From: Batkoa obscura
Lineage: Eukaryota
Length of the DNA: 64,000 nucleotides
Direction of reading: 5' to 3'
Assembly (NCBI GenBank): GCA_030770535.1
Contig: JASVEC010000017.1
Span: 496,001-560,000, forward strand
Within the stretch, counting starts at the first letter, position 1. Each line of letters begins with the position of its first letter. The notes under the pieces were generated by a model, which saw nothing but the letters and a program-made list of their open reading frames with translations, was not told the DNA's origin and made no database searches. A program made the position numbers and the translations under genes. This document shows, piece by piece, positions 51,601-60,468 of the stretch.

Positions 51601-51932
51601 TCGGGTATAATTGAACCATAATCTTTTAAAATTAATAAAAAACAGATGATACCAAACAATACTAATGGGAAATTAAATACGGAGAATAAATATTTAAGAA
51701 ACTGTATGATACGTGAGGATTTTTTTGTGAATGTTAATATGTTTTCTCCATAAATCTCTCGTCGTTGTTTTTGTTCTTCTAATGAAAGACCCTGACTGAG
51801 GTAGGGCTGGCTTATATTGATCCTTGTTTTTAATCGTTTAATGACATCAATGATAGGTAACCTATGTTCAATGATCTTGTTGTTGTTACTATCACCTTGT
51901 TTCCTTTGTTCCGACGATTCTCTTGTTGCCAT
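48699..51932 (-). CDS. P-type ATPase, Na+/K+(H+)-ATPase alpha-like (P2C), divergent motifs
   Basis: SLTGET, WVPEGLP, VETLGS, DKVGILT, EDPPK, GDGVNDAPALKKAD; 1077-aa intronless ORF. Confidence 0.88.
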   Translation of the reverse strand: MATRESSEQRKQGDSNNNKIIEHRLPIIDVIKRLKTRINISQPYLSQGLSLEEQKQRREIYGENILTFTKKSSRIIQFLKYLFSVFNFPLVLFGIICFLLILKDYGSIIPDIYLGSVLLGASLFNAALDYIQEQKSENILESCRNIIPEYCYLLRDSDILKVSVKDLVPGDVVLLKQNETIPADIRLFHTDHLIVNNSSLTGETKFLEKKSDNKISYVFDATNIVFKGTHVVSGDGYGVVIRTGNQTMLGRILQLTNKEKKKSARLTKEIKSFVLAIYAIDLITVAIFFSLVFVSTNNVVKAFLFSAGLLLAWVPEGLPASINLMLSIAVKSLADNQILVKDFQGVETLGSVTMLITDKVGILTRNEMSVSIVYNNLELFSVTRKGRIGHYLSFNPETDGMKELLRNIGLTTTATFDRSDLEIDRRNTIWGPAECGLLNFCYKYDTSFDSLLSKYPRVLETGYNIRKKHNLNIHKIEHEDGHFMLFVKGEVESILNLCTSINYEGREIELTEENRTEVIESNINLSSKGYKVFAFAQLKLSNERYNINYKFDLRTKNYPLSDYCFNGLLALEDPPKHGIREAIGRCRTAGIKMIMVSDDNALCAEAIARKTNMMVMETKEKIAKRTGRNIESIESHEYTSIVINGNQINNLTDDDWDDIFDNEEIIFASTLPTHKLEIIKRAQSMGHIVGMVGDGVNDAPALKKADLSIAMAYSGSEVVGEIASIILLSNNFSTIVKGIEEGRRTFINIKKCIKLTCTHTFPEVLPQIAPALFSVPAAMSTALTLVIDLGFDLCTSLSFAWDKIDSDAGVMRLQPRNPVNETTIEQFKKRQKRKLQMKVDLESNQIIKPSLLQKIQDKPKWLFNGGLKEYLFEKNEGEFLIDKDLVFWSWFEAGIIETIIGFIAFFWTFYRKEIYLNDIYLASKQGNFDDSQQIFISSIGKEYTTSDLLDINAQGQSAFLLSVMIMQAFNLFAVKAYLQYPFGRQMFSNWKNFAGIGFGLIIGFICVYVPFLNVVFGSSYKLNIDFIWIPLIGGIFLIMYASLRLYISKSWGKLKFTKTVYGLQMHPTTKTMVDLSF

Positions 51933-52460
51933 TTTTAATGTTAAAATCGGTTAGTATTAAGAGTGTAAATAAAAATAATTAAAGAAATATAAAAATTTTG
52001 ATAGAAATGGGGGGATATTTTTTACTCATGGGGATTAATTGAAAAAAGTGGAGGTTAAATATGGATAAATTGATGGATTTCTATTAAGAGATAAGGAGTG
52101 ACTTATTTATATCTTTTGATTGGTTCAAATTTGATTGTTCTTAAAATCAAAGTTAGGCGCAAGGTTGTTAACCAAATTTAGTAATATTCATGCTATCCTT
52201 TGTTCATCTTACTTTCTTTTATTTGATAGAGGACCTAATTATAAAATAGTACTATATAGTGTTATAAATCAAAGTTAAATCAAAGTTCAATATTGAAAAA
52301 ATTAATTCTTAAAATAAATAATTTACCAGAGAATTTATACTTTTCAGGAAGCTTATAGTAATAGCGATAAAGCTATTACTATAAGCCAAAAGTAAGGATT
52401 GATTGAAACAGTAGAAATGCATTTAATTACAATTTATAATTTTATAATAAGAGTAATAAT

Positions 52461-52500
52461 AAAGATATAAAGATATAAAGATATAAAGATATAAAGATAT
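52461..52500. repeat. (AAAGATAT)x5 tandem repeat
   Basis: Seen directly. Confidence 0.85.
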
Positions 52501-52664
52501 AATAATTTTGAAATATTGAAGCTGTTTTATAGACTTTATAGATACTATATGGTTTTATTATAGTCAATGAACTGAATTTTGTTTTTTGCTTTAATGAATA
52601 CTTATTTAATATATCAAAGCGATATAATAAAATAATATAATAGAATTGTTCTAGTTTTAATATA

Positions 52665-52762
52665 TGGGGATGTTTTTTAGTTTCATCACTTTTTCCGTTT
52701 TTTAAGCGCTATTTGAGTGAAAAGATTGTTAGTAAAATTTTAAACAAAAAAACATATTCCCA
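52665..52762 (-). mobile_element. MITE family 1
   Basis: Matches consensus, TA flanks. Confidence 0.85.
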
Positions 52763-53134
52763 TATTTCTTAACAACTTATTAAATTATTATTTGTCTCAT
52801 TAAATGTAGAACTTTTATACATTAAGTATTATTATAAATTTATTAAAAACACCTAACTAATATTATAAAAAAAACAACTATACTAAAATTTAGTATTTTT
52901 AATAAATCAATTCACTTAAAAAAAGACTAACTAAATCTTTTTTATTACTATTAAATAGAGTGCTAATATTATCATACTATTAAAAATATGTTATTTTTTT
53001 AATTTTAGTAATAATTTAAATTGAATATTAAAAGTATTGAAATTAATAAATCATTGATTATTATCTATAACAGAGAATTAATATTACAAATCATCTTTAA
53101 TAAATTTCCTAATTTGGACTTAACGTTACAATTA

Positions 53135-53152
53135 TTATCGAAATTTCTAGAT
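53135..53152 (+). promoter_or_regulatory. Imperfect heat-shock element upstream of HSP20 (mirrored at 43056-43073)
   Basis: TTAtcGAAatTTCtaGAT, alternating nGAAn units ~150 bp upstream of the ATG; TATAAAA at ~53217. Confidence 0.5.
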
Positions 53153-53300
53153 AGTTACTTAAAAATTTAGTAAAGTTTAGTAAAATTTATCAATTTAAAA
53201 TCAATTTAGAAAAGAGTATAAAAGCAAATAATAAATAATTACAAAAATTATAAAAAATTAAATTAAATATTATATTAAATATTATATTAAATATCAAACA

Positions 53301-53924
53301 ATGTTCACTACTTTAAATAATAACCCATTTGTATATTATCCTAAAGAATTCCATCCTTTTGTATTTACTCCTGAGCATCATACTCCTTTTAATCATCATG
53401 AGAAGAATAATACAACATCAACTACTTCACAAGGAAATAATCCACAGAAACAAACTATAAATAGTAATAACAATGTCACAATCGACACTAGTAAACCTAA
53501 AGAAGATAAATGGCCATACGTTGACATAACAGAATTTCCAAATTATTATACCATTGAAGCTGAATTACCCGGATTTAAAAAAGAAGATATCAATATTTCA
53601 TTTGATAATATAGATAATACACTTACTTTAAAAGGTGAATATGTTTATAGACCAAAGAAACATGAAAATATTGTTATAGTAGAAGAAGTGGATGAAACTA
53701 ATGAAGATGATAATGCTTCTGTAAGTACATCAAGTGTTACTGATGATGGAAAACATTTACTTGTAGAAAGAAGGTCAAAGAAAAGTTTCAAAAGAAGTTT
53801 CAAAGTTAAACAAGATATTTTAGCTGAAGAAATCCAAGCAGATTTAACTGATGGAGTATTGAGTTTAATGATTCCAAAACGTTTCAAGAAGGAAGACAAG
53901 AAAATAAGAATATCCATTCAATAA
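53301..53924 (+). CDS. Small heat-shock protein (HSP20), copy 2
   Basis: Protein identical to 42284-42907. Confidence 0.92.
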   Translation: MFTTLNNNPFVYYPKEFHPFVFTPEHHTPFNHHEKNNTTSTTSQGNNPQKQTINSNNNVTIDTSKPKEDKWPYVDITEFPNYYTIEAELPGFKKEDINISFDNIDNTLTLKGEYVYRPKKHENIVIVEEVDETNEDDNASVSTSSVTDDGKHLLVERRSKKSFKRSFKVKQDILAEEIQADLTDGVLSLMIPKRFKKEDKKIRISIQ

Positions 53925-54665
53925 GTTTTTATCTATCTATTTTTAATGTAAAATATAATTGTTTTTTATTTAAATAAAAATATGTGAAAATAAAATATTA
54001 ATTTATCAAATTAATTATAAAATAAAAATAATAATTGTTTTTATCAGGATTATTAATCAAATCACTTTATAAAATTAAATGTTATATTTAAACAAGGTTC
54101 AATACAAATTAAATGCATTTTAGAAAATAATATAAAGAAAACCAATATTAAAATTATTACTAACTTTAATGATGTGATGTATATATTACGTATAAATATA
54201 AAGTATAGTTAATTAATGCTTTTTATACTCATAAAAAGTATATAAATCACTAGATTTCTTTTAAAATCTCTCTTCATTGGGATTTATTTCTAAAATAAAT
54301 CATTCTTTTAAGTCTTGCTAATTACATTAGTTAATCTAAAGTATAGTTTTTGTACTTATTTAAGAAGTCTTTAAAACTTTTCATTTCCATTGGCCAAGTA
54401 TTGGACTTATCTTGCCTTATGTCAACTTATCAATTGATACGTCACTGGGTCTAAGGACTTCAAAGCCCTTGTAGCTTACATACGTCTATCTATCACAATG
54501 TGTTATATCAAAATATTAATATAGGGAGTTCATAATATCAATATCAATATCAATAAAATCAAAATAAAACAAACAACAAAACAAATCAACAAAATATAAA
54601 AAAATATAAAATTATTTTATTAATCCCCCTATCAAATATATCATTTTTTATCACAAACTTCTTTT

Positions 54666-56414
54666 CTAATGATTAACTACTTTACTTTTGAACTTTTTGG
54701 GTATTTGATAAGAAATTAAATTAGGTACTTTAGTATAAAGATAATCTCTAAATAAACCATCCAATTTCATGGAAATAAATGCTTTAAAGTCCGCTTCCTT
54801 ATTTTCCAACCAATGATGTCTCAATTCATGATCTTTAGGTAATTGTCTATCTAACTCTTTTCTAACGATTTCCCAACCTGTTCCATTATAATGTAAATTT
54901 AAACAACGAAGAATTCTATGAAGATGCATCATAAACATAGTATGATAGGCTACATGATACATATCTTGTTTATTATGAGCTAATTGGGAAGCATCTTCAT
55001 TAAATACTAATACTTTTTCACCAATGGCATCAAATAAAGTATCTTGATGAACTTTAATACCACCAAAATCACGAATAGCAAAACCAACTAATTGATATTC
55101 TTCATTTATTTTTTTAAATCGACATAATGTATTTTGTAAATGAGATTCCCATGCAATACCAAATTTAATTACTGGGGTAAGAAAAGCAGTCAAATATTTT
55201 TCACAATATGTTTTGAAAAAGGATATTCTTTTTTCATAAGTATTTAAATTAAACACTTTTGTTAATACAGATACATTATCAAAATCAATTTCAGTTAATG
55301 CAGCTGCAATAATTACCTTTTCATCTCTTTTTAAACATTGAATTTCCACTTCTTCTCGAATTAAACAAGATAAATGTTTAGCCATATCAATTGATGGATG
55401 ATTAGAAACAATTGAGCCTACTTCATCAACAATAATTAAATTCTCTTTATCTAAATTAATTTTCTGTGCAATTCGACCAAAATTAGGACCAAAGAAAGTA
55501 GTCCAAGGGGACACTGTTCTTAATGCTGAAGTCACTTTAATACCTAATGGTAATTTAAAATTAAAATTTGGAAACCCATCAATCTTCATAGTTCTTAGTG
55601 TAGCTTGAGATAAACTTGAGATTTGTTTACTTAATACTTTAACATTAGGAAATTTTTCTTTTAAATTATAAACTTGTAACTCATGGACCATAATTAAAGC
55701 TTCAGTTTCGATATTTACTTCTTCAACTAATTCTTCATATAAAGGTTTTAATACAGATTCATATTTACCTAAGATAGTTACTTCTTCACGTGGTACTTTA
55801 CAAACAATCATTTTAGGACTTAACATATCTTCTTCTGGTTTAATATATGGAATAGGTGCAATGGCATGTCTTGCTTTATTCATTGGATGAGTTGGATGAC
55901 CTTCAACAATAGATTGTTCCCATTCAATTGCTTTAGCTGTATCTACATTTAATATTTCTTTTCTATTTAAATAAGCATGATATTGATGTTCTACACAACT
56001 TAATAATTCTAACGTTACTTTTTTTACCATAACAGTATCAAAATTATTCCATATACTTAGTTTTTCCATTATAAAGGTTACATCATTGATTTCAGTTAAT
56101 TTATTATTAGAATAATAATAAAATGGGAATTGAATATCCATGGGATCAAGTAAGCCTATAGAAAATCCTTCTTCATCAACTTCACGAAGTAAAGGTAAAT
56201 GTTGTAATTTTAATAAGAAACCTTCTTGAAGATTAATTGAATCTTTTTGAGTTATAAAAGTTAAATGATTGTAATCGAAAGTAGGTAAATTAAACGAATG
56301 ATTATCAGTAAGTAATTTGGTAGCTACCATATCTTCATTAACCATACAAGTAACTAAACGTTTGATCATAGCTTCAGAAGCTTTTTGTTTTAAATCAACA
56401 TTACCCAAGGTCAT
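54666..56414 (-). CDS. NRPS-independent siderophore synthetase (IucA/IucC family; rhizoferrin synthetase-like)
   Basis: WEQSIVEGHPTHP, SQATLRT, KLPLGIKVTSALRTVS, ESHLQN, IRDFGG. Confidence 0.9.
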   Translation of the reverse strand: MTLGNVDLKQKASEAMIKRLVTCMVNEDMVATKLLTDNHSFNLPTFDYNHLTFITQKDSINLQEGFLLKLQHLPLLREVDEEGFSIGLLDPMDIQFPFYYYSNNKLTEINDVTFIMEKLSIWNNFDTVMVKKVTLELLSCVEHQYHAYLNRKEILNVDTAKAIEWEQSIVEGHPTHPMNKARHAIAPIPYIKPEEDMLSPKMIVCKVPREEVTILGKYESVLKPLYEELVEEVNIETEALIMVHELQVYNLKEKFPNVKVLSKQISSLSQATLRTMKIDGFPNFNFKLPLGIKVTSALRTVSPWTTFFGPNFGRIAQKINLDKENLIIVDEVGSIVSNHPSIDMAKHLSCLIREEVEIQCLKRDEKVIIAAALTEIDFDNVSVLTKVFNLNTYEKRISFFKTYCEKYLTAFLTPVIKFGIAWESHLQNTLCRFKKINEEYQLVGFAIRDFGGIKVHQDTLFDAIGEKVLVFNEDASQLAHNKQDMYHVAYHTMFMMHLHRILRCLNLHYNGTGWEIVRKELDRQLPKDHELRHHWLENKEADFKAFISMKLDGLFRDYLYTKVPNLISYQIPKKFKSKVVNH

Positions 56415-56531
56415 TTTAGTGAATTTTTTAAAGAATAAAATGAAAAGAGATTAACTCGAATTTTGCATTTTCATTGTTTTTGAAATTAAGTTTTTATATA
56501 CTTCACTTTTAATAGAAAAATAGATATTTTC

Positions 56532-56679
56532 ATCAGATAAATATTGATTGTTTGAGTTTTATATTATTGGTTAATCTTAGATTATAATTTATTCTTAATG
56601 ATTGTTAAAAAAAAAAAAATCAAAATTTTATCTGATTACTTTTTTTTTAATAAAAAGAATAAAGTAAGATATCTGATAA
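56532..56679. promoter_or_regulatory. Three ATCWGATAA iron-responsive GATA repressor (SreA/Fep1-type) boxes
   Basis: ATCAGATAA 56532-40 (+), ATCAGATAA 56628-36 (-), ATCTGATAA 56671-79 (+), all within 270 bp upstream of the NIS ATG. Confidence 0.75.
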
Positions 56680-57100
56680 CATTATGATTATGATTATGAT
56701 TATGATTATGATTATATATAATAGAAATGAGGCTTATAAGATTAAGATGAATTTTAATGTAAGGTTAAAATAGTTCTTTATTTATCTAGATAGTTGGGGT
56801 TATGTTATTAGTTTATCATGATTACTTATCAATTATTATTTAAAGTAATTTAAAAATAAACTTTAACTAAAATTAATTTAGGCTATTTGATGTAGTTAGT
56901 TTATTATAATAAGGTTTATAAACTCAAATTTATTAGAAACAGGGTTTATAGTTAAAATCATTAGAAATAAGAGTTTAGTTAATAAAACTAATTAATTATT
57001 TATCAATTGTTTGTAATTTGAGTTTAACATATTAAACTAAATATCGATTTTTTTGTTTTTTAATTGAAATAAAAGTAATTTATTGATCAGAATAAACATA

Positions 57101-57200
57101 TGGGGATGTATTTTTGTGTTTAAGAATTTCACTAACAACTTTCCACTCAGATAGCGCTCAAAAGATGGAAAAAGTAATGAAGCCAAAAAAAACACCCCCA
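57101..57200 (+). mobile_element. MITE family 1
   Basis: Matches consensus, TA flanks. Confidence 0.85.
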
Positions 57201-57332
57201 TATAGAATAGAAAAATTAAAAGATCAACTCCAGCTTATCTTACAAAAATAACAGAAAATTTAAAAGTTTCAATATTTAGTAAGTAAGTAATTAGCTTATT
57301 AGATGATAGAAATCAATTATTAAATGTTGATA

Positions 57333-57800
57333 TGTGAAATATTGCTTTATTTAGCTCTCGGATTGATTATAACGCAACAATCACTTAAGTTGCTGTGTTC
57401 TCAAGTTCAAATACAATCAAGTCAGAGTCCCTTATTTTGATTTGCTGCGAGAATTTCTAACTTCATATTGCAAGGAATAACATCCTCTCGTATTAATATC
57501 CATATTTATTGGAGTATAAAAGAGATTCTTCAATATGATAACTCCAGGTTTTTTTTTAATTGGATTACTCCCTGATAACGTATCATTAATAAAGTCACTA
57601 AGTCTTTCTGACAACATCTGATATAGATTTTATAGTAGTATCTTCCATTGTATTTGTTTTACATAATTTGTAGCTTACTACATACTATTTCTATTAAGTT
57701 AAGTCTACCTTAGTTATATAAACTAAGACCCTTCGACTCAAGGCAAGTTAATTAAGCAAGAGTAGCTTTTAACTTCGGCCACTAAGTATCAACTTTCACA
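57333..57800 (+). repeat. 5' LTR (468 bp)
   Basis: TGTGAAA...TTTCACA termini; homologous to four solo LTRs. Confidence 0.92.
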
Positions 57801-57802
57801 CT

Positions 57803-57820
57803 TGGCGCTCATAGCTGGGA
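57803..57820 (+). promoter_or_regulatory. Primer-binding site
   Basis: TGGCGCTCATAGCTGGGA 2 nt after the LTR; complement ends G-CCA like a tRNA 3' end. Confidence 0.75.
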
Positions 57821-57918
57821 AAGCTCCTATAACTACACTAGGTAGCCTTTATAGCCTTTCCTTTACGGTTCTTACCGCGTAACCACCCCAACCCTCCAAT
57901 CCCCTTAATTCACAGACT

Positions 57919-60420
57919 ATGATCAACAATAGCCTCATACCCTATTTTGCTGACTCAAGATATCTCCTTGATAACCGTCAACAATTGACTATCACTGAAT
58001 ATGACATGGGTAGTAGTGATGAAGAAGAAGCTAGTGTTCTGACCCCAGAAATAGACACTGCTGCTTTAAATCAAGCTGCCCTACCTCCTCATGTTGTAAG
58101 CTCGGTCGTTACCTATGGAGCTGTTCCTATGCACGTTCTTAATGGTGATCTCTCTGCTTGGAGACAATACCAAAGTAGTAGCTCCAGTACCCAAATTACT
58201 TTTCGTGCTCAGTACCAAACGGTACCTACCCTTTCCCACGTTCAACAATATTTAGTAGAGTTCTTGCACAACAAACTCATCCAGATGGTTGGTGAACTCA
58301 ACCGTCTCTCAACTCACAATAATGAATTGTCTACCTCTTTAAGCTCGCTTCTAGGTACGGTTAATAATCTCTCCATGGTCATCAACCAAAACAATGATGT
58401 CATCACCCCATCAAATGAATTCCATACCAGTAAGTTTAATGAATTCAACCAAAGGCTCAATGATACTGTTAGTTATGAAGTATATAGAGATTTGGCAAGA
58501 GAAGTAGGAGACTTCAAGGCTGAATTGCATCAGCTTGATACTGCCTTACATTCCGAACTCATTAAGATCTCTGACGAGATCAACCTTTCCCTCACTGAGA
58601 TCAATGACCATACTGCTCAAAGGATCTCAGATATCGACGGAAAAGTGAAAATCACTTTTGCAGAACTTAATAGATCGTTGATGACTAGATTCACCGAGTA
58701 TAATCATCGTTTATCCTATGTTGAGCAATCCCCTGCGTCTGCATCAGCCAAAGATGCCAGAATCTTGGCTTTAGAACAAGATTTAGCTGCTTGTAATGTA
58801 CAACTGACTCAACAAGTGACCACCATTAGCCAGCTCATCACTTCCAATAATAATTTGAAGGAACAAATTAGATTAGATAAAGAGCAGTCAGCGGCTGACT
58901 GGGAAGAAATTTCGCGTAATATACAGAGTACCAAGGAAGAGCTTATTATTCTTCAAACTAAGGTAGCTTCCAATACCAGCCAAATCAAGGCATCTTCTTG
59001 TAATTGTAGAAAGGAACGTATCGCTGTTTCAGCACCTCACTCCAGACTCTCGACTTATAGAGATGTTCCGAGATATAATATGTATGATCTAGGTGATGGT
59101 ACCACAGAATCTATTCTTGACACTGAATATCAAATGAACCCTAAGTATCGTGGTTCTATTCACTTGGTACAACCGGATGATCAACCCAAGAAAGGAGAAA
59201 GTCCACCTCAATTACTTCCTAGAATGACCACTGCACCTACTGATGGTATTTACTCAAGAAACCCTGCTACAGGATCTAATGCTGAGCCAATAAGATCTCA
59301 TGTACAACCCTATGCTGAAGTTAACCTGGACAATCCTTTTAACAATAGTAACAAAAACAAGTTGCCATATATTGCTCCAAAAATCACTCAACATGTACCC
59401 TATGAGCAATCTTCATCTCACTACGTACAACCCGAGCGGATTCCTGTTCAAAATAACTATGGTATATCACATAATAATCATGACGCCTATTATGGCCATC
59501 CTGGACCTTCTGGTAACAATCTAAACCCGCATAGCTTCTCAACATACCCCCACAATTATCCGAGAAGCTCCCAACCCGTTAATACCAAGTTTAATTTTAG
59601 TCTCCTATTCAATCCAAATGAAATCACTGCTACTACTTTCATCAAAGCGCTAGAAGTTCATCTTGATGCCAACAATTGGACCTACGAGTGTCGCCCTCAA
59701 TGTCTCTTAGGTCAGCTTCAAACAAACGAGCTTTCCTGGTGTATGACCCTACCTGATGACTTACGCAGTAACTGGAACTCTTTTAAAAAGGCATTCATAG
59801 ATCACTATGATTCCGATGTAAAAATGGAAGCAAAAAAGGCAGCCCTTTTATCTTTACGACTAGACGATGAAAGCAAACTTGAAAATTACATTGCAAACGT
59901 AAAAAATCGTGCTAATGCTTTAATTTCCTGTGGGAAGTTAAGCGTTACAGACCTCCGCCTGGCCTTCCAACGAAACCTTCCAAGTCACATCGCACGTCTT
60001 TTTCTAGACCCTCATCATAATATCACCAATATTACTCAGATGATAGAGATTTTAGAGCTATACCTCGGAAGTCCAAAAAGCGAAGTTAAATCCAAGAAAC
60101 TATACGTTAATCATATAGATAAAGAAACGGACAACAACGAATATCTTCATTGCTTTGCCATTACACAACAGCACTACTCCAACCATCGTAAATCTCGAGT
60201 ATTTACTGGATGCTGGAACTGTGGTGAACATGGACATATTGCCGTCAATTGTATTGAACCAAAGCCAGAAAATGGTATTTTTAAATATTACTTTGAAAAA
60301 AATGTTCGCAATAGTAAACATTTTAACAAAAATAAACAAGTTAATCACCTCAATTATAATTATAATGATGGTGACACTGAAAAGTTTGTTGACCCCAACA
60401 GCGAGTCAAAAAACTTCTAA
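57919..60420 (+). CDS. gag: Gag (833 aa) with long N-terminal coiled-coil region, capsid-like domain and CCHC knuckle
   Basis: NWNSFKKAFIDHY, CWNCGEHGHIAVNC. Confidence 0.9.
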   Translation: MINNSLIPYFADSRYLLDNRQQLTITEYDMGSSDEEEASVLTPEIDTAALNQAALPPHVVSSVVTYGAVPMHVLNGDLSAWRQYQSSSSSTQITFRAQYQTVPTLSHVQQYLVEFLHNKLIQMVGELNRLSTHNNELSTSLSSLLGTVNNLSMVINQNNDVITPSNEFHTSKFNEFNQRLNDTVSYEVYRDLAREVGDFKAELHQLDTALHSELIKISDEINLSLTEINDHTAQRISDIDGKVKITFAELNRSLMTRFTEYNHRLSYVEQSPASASAKDARILALEQDLAACNVQLTQQVTTISQLITSNNNLKEQIRLDKEQSAADWEEISRNIQSTKEELIILQTKVASNTSQIKASSCNCRKERIAVSAPHSRLSTYRDVPRYNMYDLGDGTTESILDTEYQMNPKYRGSIHLVQPDDQPKKGESPPQLLPRMTTAPTDGIYSRNPATGSNAEPIRSHVQPYAEVNLDNPFNNSNKNKLPYIAPKITQHVPYEQSSSHYVQPERIPVQNNYGISHNNHDAYYGHPGPSGNNLNPHSFSTYPHNYPRSSQPVNTKFNFSLLFNPNEITATTFIKALEVHLDANNWTYECRPQCLLGQLQTNELSWCMTLPDDLRSNWNSFKKAFIDHYDSDVKMEAKKAALLSLRLDDESKLENYIANVKNRANALISCGKLSVTDLRLAFQRNLPSHIARLFLDPHHNITNITQMIEILELYLGSPKSEVKSKKLYVNHIDKETDNNEYLHCFAITQQHYSNHRKSRVFTGCWNCGEHGHIAVNCIEPKPENGIFKYYFEKNVRNSKHFNKNKQVNHLNYNYNDGDTEKFVDPNSESKNF

Positions 60421-60468
60421 GTGGGAGGGTAAATGAGGATCCCCCTTCCACGAAATCAAAAATTCCTC
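60408..60468 (+). promoter_or_regulatory. -1 programmed ribosomal frameshift signal
   Basis: A AAA AAC heptamer, 6-nt spacer, stem GTGGGAGGG/CCCTTCCAC. Confidence 0.85.

Noticed and set aside
42284..53924. HSP20 inverted arms as TIRs of a composite transposon
   Set aside because: No TSD or transposase; the enclosed genes are housekeeping and the boundary follows the stop codon
5443..56414. Iron gene cluster (hemerythrin, MFS, DUF455, NIS)
   Set aside because: Spread over 50 kb among unrelated genes; GATA boxes noticed only at the NIS gene; the MFS looks like generic DHA2
4648..57200. MITE-1 copies as a CRISPR array or Pol III ncRNA
   Set aside because: Dispersed in both orientations with TIRs; no A/B boxes, and internal T-runs would terminate Pol III
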